DNA from: the human T2T-CHM13v2.0 reference genome, Homo sapiens
Strand: one strand, 5' to 3'
DNA length: 64,000 nt
Assembly: GCF_009914755.1 (NCBI RefSeq)
Contig: NC_060933.1
The notes below the pieces were generated by a model. The model did not search any database. It was given only the letters and a program-made list of their open reading frames with translations, and was not told where the DNA came from. Position numbers and translations under genes: made by a program. Positions within the stretch are counted from its first letter, which is position 1. Each line of letters starts with the position of its first letter. Below, piece by piece: positions 26,500 through 42,700 of this stretch.

Positions 26500-29400
26500 G
26501 GAATGGAATGGAATGGAATGGAATCAACTACATTGCAATGGAATGGAATCGAATGGAATGGAATAGAATGGAATGGAAGTAACCCGAATAGAATGGAATG
26601 CAATAGAATGGAATGCAATGGAACCGAATGGAGGTGAATGGAATGGAATGGAATCAACCCGAGTACAGAGGAATGGAATGGAATGGAATGCAATGGAATG
26701 GAGTCATCCGTAATGGAATGGAAAGGAAAGGAATGGAATGGAATGGAATGGAATGGAATGGAATGGAATCAACTCGATGGCAATCGAATGGAATGGAATG
26801 GAATTAACCCGAATAGAATTGAATGGAATGGAATGGAACGGAACGGAATGGAATGGAATGGAATGGAACGGAACGGAATGGAATGGAATGGAATGGAATG
26901 GAATCAACGCGAGTGCAGGGGAATGGAATGGAATGGAATGCAATGGAATGGAATCTTCCGGAATGGAATGGAATGGAGTGGAATGGAATGAAAGGCAATG
27001 GATTCAACTCGATTGCAATGGAATGGAATAGAATGGAATGGAATGGAATGGAATGGAATGGAATTGAATGGAATGGAATGTCTTCAAACCGAATGGAATG
27101 GAAAGGAATGGAATCAACACGAGTGGAAAGGAATGGAATGGAAAGGAATGGAATGGAATGGAATGGTACGGAATAGAACGGAATGGAACGAACTGGAATG
27201 GAATGGAATGGAATGGAATGGAATGGAATGGAATCGTTCCGAGTGGAATAGCAGGGAATGTATTCGAGTGGAATGGAAAGGAATGGAATCAACCAGAGTG
27301 GAATGGAAGGGAATGGAATGGAATGGAAACTAATAGAATGGAATCAACCCGAGTGGAATGGAATGGAAAGGACTGAAATGGAATGGAATGGAATGGAATG
27401 GAATGGAATCAACTCGATTGTAATGGAATGGAATGGAATGGAATGGAATGGAATGGAATGGAAAGGAATTAACCCGAATACAATGGAATGGAATGGAATG
27501 GAAGGGAATGGAGTGGAAAGGAATGGAATCAACCCGAGTGCAGGGGAATGGAATGGAATGGAATGCAATGGAATGGAATCATCAGGAATGGAATGGAATG
27601 GAATGGAATGCAAAGCAATGGAATCAACTCGATTGCAATGGAATGGAATGGAATGGAAAGGAATACATTGGAATCAACCCGAGTGGAATGGAATGGAAAG
27701 GACTCGAATGGAGTGGAATGGAATGGAATGGAATGGAATGGAATCAACTCGATTGGAATGGAATGGAATGGAATGGAATGGAATGGAATGGAATTAACCC
27801 GAATAGAATGGAAAGGAATGGAATGGAACGGAACGGAACGGAACGGAACGGAATGGAATGGAATGGAATGGAATGGAATGGAATGGAATGGAATCAACCC
27901 GACTGCAGGGGAATGGAATGGAATGGAATGCAATGGAATGGATTCAACTTGAATGGAATGGAAAGAATGGAATCAACACTAGTGGAATGGCATGGATTGG
28001 AATGGAATTGAATGGAATCAACCCGAGTACAGGGGAATGGAATGGAATGGAATGCAATGGAATGGAATCATCCGTAATGGAATGGAAAGGAATGGAAAGG
28101 AATGGAATGGAATGGAATGGAATGGAATGGAATCAACATGATTGCAATCGAAAGGAATGGAATGGAATTAACCCGAATAGAATGGAATGGAATGGAATGG
28201 AATGGAACGGAATGGAATGGAATGGAATGGAACGGAACCGAACGGAATGGAATGGAATGAAATGGAATGGAATGGAATGGAATCAACGCGAGTGCAGGGG
28301 AATGGCATGCAACGGAATGCAATGGAATGGAATCTTCCGGAATGGAATGGAATGGAATGCAATGGAATGAAATGCAATGGATTCAACTCGATTGCAATGG
28401 AATGGAATAGAATGGAATGGAATGGAATGGAATGGGATTAACCCGAATAGAATGGAATGGAATGGAATGGAACGGAATGTAACGGAATGGAATGGAATGG
28501 AATGGAATGGAATGGAATGGAATGGAATGGAATGGTATGGAATGGAATGGAATGGTACGGAATAGAATGGAATGGAACGAATTGTAATGGAATGGAATTG
28601 AATGGAATGGAATGGAATGGAATGGAATCAATGCGAGTGCAGGGGAATGTAATGGAACGGAATGCAATGGAATGGAATCATCCGGAATGGAATGGAATGG
28701 AATGGAATGGAATGGAATCAACCCGAGTGCAATGGAATGGAGTGGAATGGAATGGAATGGAATGGAACAACCCGAATGGAATGGAATGTAATGGAGAGTA
28801 AGGGAGTTGAATAGAATCAATCCGAATGTAATGGAAGGGAATGCAACGGAATGGAATGGAATGGAATGGAATGGAATGGAATGGAATGGAATGCAAAGGA
28901 ATGGAATCAACCCGAGTGGAATGGCATGGAATGGAATGCAATGGATTGGAATGGAATGGAATCAACTCGAGTGGAAAGGAATGGAATAGAATGGAAAGGA
29001 ATGGAATGAAGTCAACTCGAGTGGAATGGAATGGAATGGAATGGATTGGAATGGATTGCAATGGAATGAAATGGAATGGAATGGAATGGAATCAATCGTG
29101 GAAGGGAATGTAACGGAGTGGAAAGAAGGGAATGGAATCAACCCAGGTGGAATGCAAGGCAATGGAATGGAATGGAAAGGAATGGCATGGAATCAACTCG
29201 ATTGCAATGGAATGGAATGGAATGGAATGGAATGGAATGGAATGGAATGGAATGGAATTAACCGGAATAGAATGGAATGGAATGGAATGGAACGGAATAG
29301 AATGGAATGGAAGGGAATGGAATCAACACGAGTGCAGGGGAATGGAATGGAATGGAATGCAATGGAATGGAATCATCCGGAATGGAATGGAATGGAATGG

Positions 29401-30700
29401 AGTCAACTCCATTGCAATGGAATGGAATGGAATGGAATGGAATAGAATGGAATGGAATTAACCCGAATAGAATGGAATGCAATAGAATGGAATGCAATGG
29501 AAACGAATGTAGTGGAATGGAATGGAATGGAATCAACCCGAGTACAGTGGAATGGAATGGAATGGAATGCAATGGAATGGAGTCATCCGTAATGGAATGG
29601 AAAGGAATGGAATGTAATGGAATGGAATGGAATGGAATGGAATGGAATCAACTCGATGGCAATCGAATGGAATGGAATGGAATTAACCCGAATAGAATGG
29701 AATGGAATGGAATGGAACGGAACGGAATGGAAAGGAATGGAATGGAATGGAATGGAACGGAACGGAATGGAATGGAATGGAATGGAATGGAATGGAATGG
29801 AATGGAATCACCGCGAGTGCAGGGGAATGGAATGGAATGAAAGGCAATGGATTCAACTCGATTGCATTGGAATGGAATAGAATGGAATGGAATGCAATGG
29901 AATGGAATGGAATTGAATGGAATGGAATGCCTTCAAACCGAATGGAATGGAAAGGAATGGAATCAACACGAGTGGAAAGGAATGGAATGGAAAGGAATGG
30001 AAAGGAATGGAATGGTACGGAATAGAACGGAATGGAACGAACTGGAATGGAATGGAATGGAATGGAATGGAATGGAATGGAATGGAATGGAATGGAATCG
30101 TTCCGAGTGGAATAGGAGGGAATGTATTCGAGTGGAATGGAAAGGAATGGAATCAACCAGAGTGGAATGGAAGGGAATGGAATGGAATGGAAACTAATAG
30201 AATGGAATCAACCCGAGTGGAATGGAATGGAAAGGACTGGAATGGAATGGAATGGAATGGAATGGAAACAACTCGATTGTAATGGAATGGAATGGAATGG
30301 AATGGAATGCAATGGAATTAACCCGAATACAATGGAATGGAATGGAATGGAACGGAATGGAGTGGAATGGAATGGAATCAACCCGAGTGCAGGGGAATGG
30401 AATGGAATGGAATGCAATGGAATGGAATCATCCGGAATGGAATGGAATGGAATGGAATGCAAAGCAATGGAATCAACTCGATTGCAATGGAATGGAATGG
30501 AATGGAAAGGAATACATTGGAATCAACCCGAGTGGAATGGAATGGAAAGGACTGGAATGGAGAGGAATGGAATGGAATGGAATGGAATGGAATGGAATGG
30601 AATTAACCCGAATAGAATGGAAAGGAATGGAATGGAACGGAACGGAACGGAACGGAATGGAATGGAATGGAATGGAATGGAATGGAATGGAATGGAACGG
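26500..30700 (+). repeat. Local ~2.86 kb-offset duplication (~26500-27900 and ~29400-30700)
   Basis: Shared rare variants GAGTCATCCGTAAT (26701/29580), GAAAGGCAAT (26990/29839), CACGAGTGGAAAGG (27118/29967) and AATAGAACGGAATGGAACGAACTGG (27172/30021). Confidence 0.85.
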
Positions 30701-33700
30701 AAAGGAATGGAATGGAATGCAATGCCATGGAATCAACCCGATTGCAATCGAATGGAATCGAATGGAATGGAATGCAATGGAATGCATTCAACTTGAATGG
30801 AATGGAAAGAATGGAATCAACACGAGTGGAATGGCATGGATTGGAATGAAATGGAATAGAACCAACCCGAGTACAGGGGAATGGAATGGAATGGAATGAA
30901 ATGGAATGGAATCACCCGTAATGTAATGGAAAGGAATGGAATGGAATGGAATGGAATGGAATGGAATGGAATGCAATGGAATGGAATGAACCCGAGTGCA
31001 ATCGAATGGAATCGAATGGAATGGAATGCAATGGAATGGATTCAACTTGAATGGAATGGAAAGAATGGAATCAACACGAGTGGAATGGCATGGATTGGAA
31101 TGGAATGGAATGGAATCAACCCGAGTACAGGGGAATGGAATGGAATGGAATGCAATGGAATGGAATCATCCGTAATGGAATGGGAAGGAATGGAATGGAA
31201 TGGAATGGAATGGAATGGAATGGAATCAACTCGATGGCAATCGAATGGAATGGAATGGAATTAACCCGAATAGAATGGAATGGAATGGAATGGAACGGAA
31301 GGGAATGGAATGGAATGGAATGGAATGGAATGGAATGGAACGGAACGGAACGGAATGGAATGGAATGGAATGGAATGGAATGGAATCAACGCGAGTGCAG
31401 GGGAATGGAATGGAATGGAATGCAATGGAATGGAATCTTCCGGAATGGAATGGAATGGAATGGAATGGAATGAAATGCAATGGATTCAACTCGATTGCAA
31501 TGGAATGGAATAGAATGGAATGGAATGGAATGCAATGGAATTAATCCGAATAGAATGGAATGGAATGGAATGGAACGGAATGGAACGGAATGGAATGGAA
31601 TGGAATGGAATGGTATGGAATGGAATGGAATGGTACGGAATAGAATGGAATGGAACGAATTGTAATGGAATGGAATTGAATGGAATTGAATGGAATGGAA
31701 TGGAATCAACGCGAGTGCAGGGGAATGGAGTGGAATGGAATGGAATGGAATGGAACAACCCGAATGGAGTGGAATGTAATGGAGAGTAAGGGAGTTGAAT
31801 AGAATCAATCCGAATGTAATGGAATGGAATGCAACGGAATGGAATGGAATGGAATGGAATGGAATGCAATGGAATTGAATCAACCCGAGTACAATGGAAT
31901 GGAATGGAATGGAATGGAATGATACGGAATAGAATGGAATGGAACGAAATGGAATTGAATGGAATGGAATGGAATGGAATGGAATGGAATGGAATCGTTC
32001 CGAGTGGAATAGGAGGGAATGTATTCGAGTGGAATGGAAAGGAATGGTATCAACCAGAGTGGAATGGAAGGGAATGAAATGGAATGGAAACTAATAAAAT
32101 GGAATCAACCCGAGTGGAATGGAATGGAAAGGAATGGAATGGAATGGAATGGAATGGAATCAACTCGATTGTAATGGAATGGAATGGAATGGAATGGAAT
32201 GGAATGGAATTAACCCGAATACAATGGAATGGAATGGAATTGAACGGAATGGAGTGGAATGGAATGGAATCAACCCGAGTGCAGGGGAATGGAATGGAAT
32301 GGAATGCAATGGAATGGAATCATCCGGAATGGAATGGAATGGAATGGAATGCAAAGCAATGGAATCAACTCGATTGCAATGGAATGGAATGGAATGGAAA
32401 GGAATACAATGGAATCAACCCGAGTGGAATGGAATGGAAAGGACTGGAATGGAGTGGAATGGAATGGAATGGAATGGAATGGAATCAACTCGATTGTAAT
32501 GGAATGGAATGGAATGGAATGGAATTAACCCGAATAGAATGGAATGGAATGGAATGGAAAGGAACGGAATGGAATGGAATGGAATGGAATGGAATGGAAT
32601 GGAATGGAATCAACCCGACTGCAGGGGAATGGAATGGAATGGAATGCAATGGAATGGATTCAACTTGAATGGAATGGAAAGAATGGAATCAACACGAGTG
32701 GAATGGCATGGATTGGAATGGAATGGAATGGAATCAACCCGAGTACAGGGGAATGGAATGGAATGGAATGCAATGGAATGGAATCATCCGTAATGGAATG
32801 GAAAGGAATGGAATGGAATGGAATAGAATGGAATGGAATCAACTCGATTGCAAACGAATGGAATGGAATGGAATTAACCCGAATAGAATGGAATGGAATG
32901 GAATGGAACGGAACGGAACGTAATGGAATGGATTGGAATGGAATGGAATGGAATGGAATGGAACGGAATGGAATGGAATGGAATGGAATGGAATGGAATC
33001 AACCCGAGTGCAATCGAATGGAATCCAATGGAATGGAATGCAATGGAATGGATTCAACTTGAATGGAATGGAAAGAATGGAATCAACACGAGTGGAATGG
33101 CATGGATTGGAATGGAATGGAATGGAATCAACCCGAGTACAGGGGAATGGAATGGAATGGAATGCAATGGAATGGAATCATCCGTAATGGAATGGAAAGG
33201 AATGGAATGGAATGGAATGGAATGGAATGGAATGGAATGGAATGGAATGGAATGGAATCAACTCGATTGCAATCGAATGGAATGGAATGGAATTAACCCG
33301 AATAGAATGGAATGGAATGGAATGGAATGGAACGGAACGGAACGGAACGGAACGGAACGGAATGGAATGGAATGGAAAGGAATGGAATGGAATGGAATGG
33401 AACGGAAAGGAATGGAATGGAATGGAATGGAATGGAATGGAATGGAATGGAATGGAATGGAATCAACGCGAGTGCAGGGGAATGGAATGGAATGGAATGC
33501 AATGGAATGGAATGTTCCGGAATGGAATGGAATGGAATGGAATGGAATGGAATGGAATGGAATCAACCCGAGTGCAATGGAATGGAGTGGAATGGAATGG
33601 AATGGAATGGAACAACCCGAATGGAATGGAATATAATGGAGAGTAAGGGAGTTGAATAGAGTCAATCCGAATGTAATGGAATGGAATGGAACGGAATGGA

Positions 33701-36700
33701 ATTGAATGGAATGGAATGGAATGCAATGGAATGGAATCAACCCGAGTGCAATGGAATGGAGAGGAATGGAATGGAATGGAATGGAAACTACCCGAATGGA
33801 ATGGAATGTAATGGAGTGTAAGGGAATTGAATAGAATCAATCCGAATGTAATGGAATGGAATGGAACGGAATGGAATGGAATGGAATGGAATGGAATGGA
33901 ATGGAATGGAATGGAATGCAATGGAATGGAATCAACCCGAGTGCAATCGAATGGAATCGTATGGAATGGAATGCAATGGAATGGATTCAAATTGAATGGA
34001 ATGGAAAGAATGGAGTCAACACGAGTGGAAGGGCATGCATTGGAATGCAATGGAATGGAATCAACTCGAGTACAGGGGAATGGAATGGAATGGAATGCAA
34101 TGGAATGGAATCATCCGTAATGGAATGGAAAGGAAAGGAATGGAATGGAATGGAATGGAATGGAATGGAATGGAATGGAATGGATTGGAATGGAATGGAA
34201 TCAACACGATTGCAATCGAATGGAATGGAATGGAATTAACCCGAATAGAATGGAATGGAATGGAATGGAACGGAACGGAATGGAATGGAATGGAATGGAA
34301 TGGAATGGAACGGAACGGAACGGAACGGAACGGAATGGAATGGAATGGAATGGAATGGAATGGAATCAACGCGAGTGCAGGGGATTGGAATGTAATGGAA
34401 TGCAATGGAATGGAATCTTCCAGAATGGAATGCAATGAAATGGAATGGAATGAAATGCAATGGATTCAACTCGATTGCAATGGAATGGAATAGAATGCAA
34501 TGGAATGGAATGGAATGGGATTAACCAGAATAGAATGGAATGGAATGGAACGGAGTGGAACGGAATGGAATGGAATGGAATGGAATGGAATGGAATGGAA
34601 TGGAATGGAATGGTATGGAATGGAATGGAATGGTACGGAATAGAATGGAATGGAACGAATTGTAATGGAATGGAATTGAATGGAAAGGAATGGAATGGAA
34701 TGGAATCAACGCGAGTGCAGGGGAATGTAATGGAACGGAATGCAATGGAATGGAATCATCCGTAATGGAATGGAATGGAATGGAATGGAATGGAATCAAC
34801 CCGACTGCAGGGGAATGGAATGGAATGGAATGCAATGGAATGGATTCAACTTGAATGGAATGGAAAGAATGGAATCAACACGAGTGGAATGGCATGGATT
34901 GGAATGGAATGGAATGGAATGAACCCGAGTACAGGGGATTGGAATGGAATGGAATGCAATGGAATGGAATCATCCGTGATGGAATGGAAAGAATGGAGTG
35001 GAATGGAATGGAATGGAATGGAATGGAATGGAATGGAATGGAATCAACTCGATTGCAATCGAATGGAATGGAATGGAATTAACCCGAATAGAATAGAATG
35101 GAATGGAATGGAACGGAACGGAACGGAATGGAATGGAATGGAATGGAATGGAATGGAATGGAACGGAAAGGAATGGAATGGAATGGAATGGAATGGAATG
35201 GAATGGAATCAACGCGAGTGCAGGGGAATGGAATGGAATGGAATGCAATGGAATGGAATCTTCCGGAATGGAATGGAATGGAATGGAATGGAATGGAATG
35301 GAATGGAATAAACCCGAGTGCAATGGCATGGAGTGGAATGGAATGGAATGGAATGGAACAGCTCGAATGGAATGGAATGTAATGGAGAGTAAGGGAGTTG
35401 AATAGAATCAATCCGAATGTAATGGAATGGAATGGAACAGAATGGAATTGAATGGAATGGAATGGAATGCAATGGAATGGAATCAACCCGAGTGCAATGG
35501 AATGGAGAGGAATGGAATGGAATGGAATGGAAACTACCCGAATGGAATGGAATGTAATGGAGTGTAAGGGAATTGAATAGAATCAATCCGAAAGTAATGC
35601 AATGGAATGGAACGGAATGGAATGCAATGGAATGGAATGGAATGGAATGGAATGGAATGCAATGGAATGGAATCAACCCGAGTGCAATCGAATGGAATCG
35701 AATGGAATGGAATGCAATGGAATGGATTCAACTTGAATGGAATGGAAAGAATGGAATCAACACGAGTGGAAGGGCATGGATTGGAATGCAATGGAATGGA
35801 ATCAACCCGAGTACAGGGTAATGGTATAGAATGGAATGCAATGGAATGGAATCATCCGTAATGGAATGGAAAGGAACGGAATGGAATGGAATGGAATGGA
35901 ATGGAATGGAATGGAATGGAATGGAATCAACTCGATTGCAATGGAATGGAATGGAATGGAATGGAATTAACCGGAATACAATGGAATGGAATGGAATGGA
36001 ACGGAATGGAATGGAATGGAAGGGAATGGGATCAACACGAGTGCAGTGGAATGGAATGGAATGGAATGCAATGGAATGGAATCATCCGGAATGGAATGGA
36101 ATGGAATGGAATCAACTCCATTGCAATGGAATGGAATGGAATGGAATGGAATAGAATGGAATGGAATTAACCCGAATAGAATGGAATGCAATAGAATGGA
36201 ATGCAAAGGAACCGAATGGAGTGGAATGGAATGGAATGGAATGGAATGGAATGGAATGGAATGGAATCAACTCGATGGCAATCGAATGGAATGGAATGGA
36301 ATTAACCCGAATAGAATGGAATGGAATGGAATGGAACGGAACGGAATGGAATGGAATGGAATGGAATGGAATGGAACGGAACGGAATGGAATGGAATGGA
36401 ATGGAATGGAATCAACGCGAGTGCAGGGGAATGGAATGGAATGGAATGCAATGGAATGGAATCTTCCGGAATGGAATGGAATGGAATGGAATGGAATGAA
36501 AGGCAATGGATTCAACTCGATGGCAATGGAATGGAATAGAATGGAATGGAATGGAATGGAATGGAATGGAAGCAACGCGAGTGCAGAGGAATGTAATGGA
36601 ACGGAATGCAATGGAATGGAATCATCCGGAATGGAATGGAATGGAATGGAATGGAATCAACCCGAGTGCAATGGAATTGAGTGGAATGGAATGGAATGGA

Positions 36701-39700
36701 ATGGAACAACCCGAATGGAATGGAATGGAATGGAGAGTAAGGGAGTTGAATAGAATCAATCCGAATGTAATGGAATGGAATGCAACGGAATGGAATGCAA
36801 TGGAATGGAATGGAATGCAATGGAATGGAATCAACCCGAGTACAATGGAATGGAATGGAATGGAATGGAATGGAATGGAATGGAATGGAATGGAATGGAA
36901 TGAAATGGATTGGAATGCCTTCAAACCGAATGGAATGGAAAGGAATGGAATCAACACGAGTGGAATGGAATGGAATGGAAAGGAATGGAATGGAATGGAA
37001 TGGTACGGAATAGAATGGAATGGAAAGAAATGGAATGGAATGGAATGGAATACAATGGAATCGTTTAGAGTGGAATAGGAGGGAACGTATTCGAGTGGAA
37101 TGGAAAGGAATGTAATCAACCAGAGTGGAATGGAAGGGAATGGAATGGAATGGAAACTAATAGAATGGAATCAACCCGAGTGGAATGGAATGGAAAGGAC
37201 TGGAATGTAATGTAATGGAATGGAATGGAATGGAATGGAATCAACTCGATTGTAATGGATTGGAATGGAATGGAATTGAATGGAATGGAATGGAATTTAC
37301 CCGAATACAACGGAATGGAGTGGAATGGAATGGAATGGAGTGGAATGGAATGGAATCAACCCGAGTGCAGGGGAATGGAATGGAATGGAATGCAATGGAA
37401 TGGAATCATCCGGAATGGAATGGAATGGAATGGAATGCAAAGCAATGGAATCAACTCGATTGCAATGGAATAGAATGGAATGGAAAGGAATACATTGGAA
37501 TCAACCCGAGTGGAATGGAATGGAAAGGACTGGAATGGAGTGGAATGGAATGGAATGGAATGGAAACGAATACATTGGAATCAACCCGAGTGGAATGGAA
37601 TGGAAAGGACTGGAATGGAGTGGAATGGAATGGAATGGAATGGAATGGAATCAACTCGATTGGAATGGAATGGAATGGAATTAACCCGAATAGAATGGAA
37701 TGGAATTAAATGGAAAGGAACGGAATGGAATGGAATGGAATGGAATGGAATGGAATCAACCCGACTGAAGGGGAATGGAATGGAATGGAATGCAATGGAA
37801 TGGATTCAACTTGAATGGAATGGAAAGAATGGAATCAACACGAGTGGAATGGCATGGATTGCAGTGGAATGGAGTGGAATCAACCCGAGTACAGGGGAAT
37901 GGAATGGAATGGAATGCAATGGAATGGAATCATCCGTAATGGAATGGAAAGGAATGGAATGGAATGGAATGGAATGGAATGGAATGGAATAGAATGGAAA
38001 GGAATCAACTCGATTTCAATGGAATGGAATGGAATGGAATTAACCCGAATAGAATGGAATGGAATGGAATGGAACGGAGTGGAACGGAATGGAACGGAAT
38101 GGAATGGAATGGAATGGAACGGAACGGAACGGAATGGAATGGAATGGAAGGAATGGAATGGAATCAACGCGAGTGCAGGGGAATGGAATGGAATGGAATG
38201 CAATGGAATGGAATCTTCCGGAATGGAATGGAATGGAATGGAATCAACCCGAGTGCAATGGAATGGAGTGGAATGGAATGGAATGGAATGGAACAACCCG
38301 AATTGAATCGAATGTAATGGAGAGTACGGGAGTTGAATAGAATCAATCCGAATGTAATGGAATGGAGTGGAACGGAATGGAATTGAATGGAATGGAATGG
38401 AATGCAATGGAATGGAATCAACCCGAGTGCAATGGAATGGAGAGGAATGGAATGGAATGGAATGGAAACTACCCGAATGGAATGGAATGTAATGGAGTGT
38501 AAGGGAATTGAATAGAATCAATCCGAATGTAATGGAATGGAATGGAACGGAATGGAATGGAATGGAATGGAATGGAATGGAATGGAATGGAATGCAATGG
38601 AATGGAATCAACCCGAGTGCAATCGAATGGAATCGAATGGAATGGAATGCAATGGAATGGATTCAACTTGAAAGGAATGGAAAGAATGGAATCAACACGA
38701 GTGGAATGGCATGGATTGGAATGGAATGGAATGGAATCAACCCGAGTACAGGGGAATGGAATGGAATGGAATGCAATGGAATGGAATCATCCGTAATGGA
38801 ATGGAAAGGAATGGAATGGAATGGTATAGAATCAACTCGATTGCAATCGAATGGAATGGAATGGAATTAACCCAAATAGAATGGAATGGAATGGAGTGGA
38901 ATGGAACGGAACGGAATGGAATCGAATGGAATGGAATGGAACGGAACGGAACGGAATGGAATGGAATGGAATGGAATGGAATCAACGCGAGTGCAGGGGA
39001 ATGGAATGGAATGGAATGCAATGGAATGGAATCTTCCGGAATGGAATGGAATGGAATGGAATGGAATGAAATGCAATGGATTCAACGCGATTGCAGTGGA
39101 ATGGAATAGAATGGAATGGAATGGAATGGAATGGAATTAACCCGAATAGAATGGAATGGAATGCAATGGAACGGAATGGAACGGAATGGAATGGAAGGGA
39201 ATGGAATGGAATGGTATGGAATGGAATGGAATGGTACGGAATAGAATGGAATGGAACGAATTGTAATGGAATGGAATTGAATGGAATGGAATGGAATCAA
39301 CGCGAGTGCAGGGGAATGTAATGGAACGAAATGCAATGGAATGGAATCATCCGGAATGGAATGGAATGGAATGGAATGGAATGGAATCAACCCGAGTGCA
39401 ATGGAATGGAGTGGAATGGAATGGAATGGAATGGATCAACACGAATGGAATGGAATGTAATGGATAGTAAGGGAGTTGAATAGAATCAATCTGAATGTAA
39501 TGGAATGCAACGGAATGGAATGGAATGGAATGGAATGGAATGCAATGGAATGGAATCAACCCGAGTACAATGGAATGGAATGGAATGGAATGGAATGGAA
39601 TGGAATGGAATGGAATGGAATGCCTTCAAACCGAATGGAATGGAAAGAAATGGAATCAACAAGAGTGGAATGGAATGGAATGGAATGGAATGGAATGGAA

Positions 39701-42700
39701 TGATACGGAATAGAATGGAATGGAAAGAAATGGAATGGAATGGAATGGAATGGAATGGAATGGAATGGAATCGTTCCGAGTGGAATAAGAGGGAATGTAT
39801 TCGAGTGGAATGGAAAGGAATGGAATCAACCGGAGTGGAATGGAAGGGAATGGAATGGAATGGAAACAAATAGAATGGAATCAACCGAGTGGAATGGAAT
39901 GGAAAGGACTGGAATGGAATGGAATGGAATGGAATGGAATGGAATCAACTCGATTGTAATGGAATGGAATGGAATGGAAAGGAATGGAATGGAATGGAAT
40001 GGAATGGAATTAACCCGAATACAATGGAATGGAATGGAATGGAACGGAATGGAGTGGAATGGAATGGAATCAACCCGAGTGCAGGGGAATGGAATGGAAT
40101 GGAATGCAATGGAATGGAAATAACCCGAATAAAATGGAATGGAATGGAATGAAACGGAATGGAGTGGAATGGAAAGGAATAAACCCGAGTGCAGGGAAAT
40201 GCAATGGAATGGAATGGAATGGAATGGAATGGAATGGAATGGAATGGAATGGAAAGGAATGGAATCAACCCGAGTGCAATCGAATGGAATCGAATGGAAT
40301 GGAATGCAATGGAATGGATTCAACTTGAATGGAATGGAAAGAATGGAATCAACATGAGTGGAAAGGCATGGATTGGAATGCAATGGAATGGAATCAACCC
40401 GAGTACAGAGGAATGGAATGGAATGGAATGCAATGGAATGGAATCATCCGTAATGGAATGGAATGGGATGGAATGGAATGGAATGGAATGGAATGCAATG
40501 GAATGGAATCAACACGATTGCAATCGAATGGAATGGAATGGAATTAACCCGAATAGAATGGAATGGAATGGAAGGGAACGGAACGGAATGGAATGGAATG
40601 GAATCAACCCGAGTGCAGGGGAATGGAATGGAATGGAATGCAATGGAATGGAATCATCCGGAATGGAATGGAATGGAATGGAATGCAAAGCAATGGAATC
40701 AACTCGATTGCAATGGAATGGAATGGAATGGAAAGGAATACATTGGAATCAACCCGAGTGGAATGGAATGGAAAGGACTGGAATGGAGTGGAATGGAATG
40801 GAATGGAATGGAATGGAATCAACTCGATTGGAATGGAATGGAATGGAATGGAATGGAATGGAAGGGAATTAACCCGAATAGAATGGAATGGAATGGAATG
40901 GAACGGAACGGAACGGAATGGAATGGAATGGAATGGAATGGAATGGAATGGAATGGAATCAACCCGACTGCAGGGGAATGGAATGGAATGGAATGCAATG
41001 GAATGGATTCAACTTGAATGGAATGGAAAGAATGGAATCAACACGAGTGGAATGGCATGGATTGGAATGGAATGGAATGGAATCAACGCCAGTGCAGGGG
41101 AATGTAATGGAACGGAATGCAATGGAATGGAATCATCCGGAATGGAATGGAATGGAATGGAATGGAATGGAATGGAATGGAATCAACCCGAGTGCAATGG
41201 AATGGAGTGGAATGGAATGGAATGGAATGGAACAACCCGAATGGAATGGAATGTAATGGAGAGTAAGGGAGTTGAATAGAATCAATCCGAATGTAATGGA
41301 ATGGAATGCAACGGAATGGAATGGAATGGAATGGAATGGAATGCAATGGAATGGAATCAACCCGAGTACAATGGAATGGAATGGAATGGAATGGAATGGA
41401 ATGGAATGGAATGGAATGAAATGGAATGATACGGAATAGAATGGAATGGAACGAAATGGAAAGGAATGGAATGGAATGGAATGGAATGGAATGGAATGCA
41501 ATGGAATGGAATGGAATCGTTCCGAGTGGAATAGGGGGGAATGTATTCGAGTGGAATGGAAAGGAATGGAATCAACCAGAGTGGAATGGAAGGGAATGGA
41601 ATGGAATGGAAACTAATAGAATGGAATCAACCCGAGTGGAATGGAATGGAAAGGGCTGGAATGGAATGGAATGGAATGGAATCAACTCGATTGTAATGGA
41701 ATGGAATGGAATGGAATGGAATGGAATGGAATGGAGTGGAATGGAATGGAATCAACCCGAGTGCAGGGGAATGGAATGGAATGGAATGCAATGGAATGGA
41801 ATCTACCGGAATGTAATGGAATGGAATGGAATGCAAAGCAATGGAATCAACTCGATTGCAATGGTATGGAATGGAATGGAAAGGAATACATTGGAATCAA
41901 CCCGACTGGAATGGAATGGAAAGGACTGGAATGGAGTGGAATGGAATGGAATGCAATGGAATGGAATCAACTCGATTGGAATGGAATGGAATGGAATGGA
42001 ATGGAATTAACCCGAATAGAATGGAATGGAATGGAATGGAACAGAACGGAATGGAATGGAATGGAATGGAATGGAATGGAATGGAATGGAATCAACCCGA
42101 CTGCAGGGGAATGGAATGGAATGGAATGCAATGGAATGGATTCAACTTGAATGGAATGGAAAGAATGGAATAAACACGAGTGGAATGGCATGGATTGGAA
42201 TGGAATGGAATGGAATCAACCCGAGTACAGGGGAATGGAATGGAATGTAATGCAATGGAATGGAATCATCCGTAATGGAAAGGAAAGGAATGGAATGGAA
42301 TGGAATGGAATGGAATGGAATGGAATGGAATCAACTCGATTGCAATCGAATGGAATGGAATGGAATTAACCCGAATAGAATGGAATGGAATGGAACAGAA
42401 AGGAACGGAATGGAATGGATTGGAATGGAATGGAATGGAATGGAAGGGAACGGAAAGGAATGGAATGGAATGGAATGGAATGGAATGGAATGGAATGGAA
42501 TGGAATGGAATCAACGAGAGTGCAGGGGAATGGAATGGAATGGAATGCAATGGAATGGAATCTTCCGGAATGGAATGGAATGGAATGGAATGGAACAGAA
42601 CGAAACGGAACGGAACGGATTGGAATGGAATGGAATGGAATGGAATGGAATGGAATCAACGCGAGGGCAGGGGAATGGAATGGAATGGAATGCAATGGAA

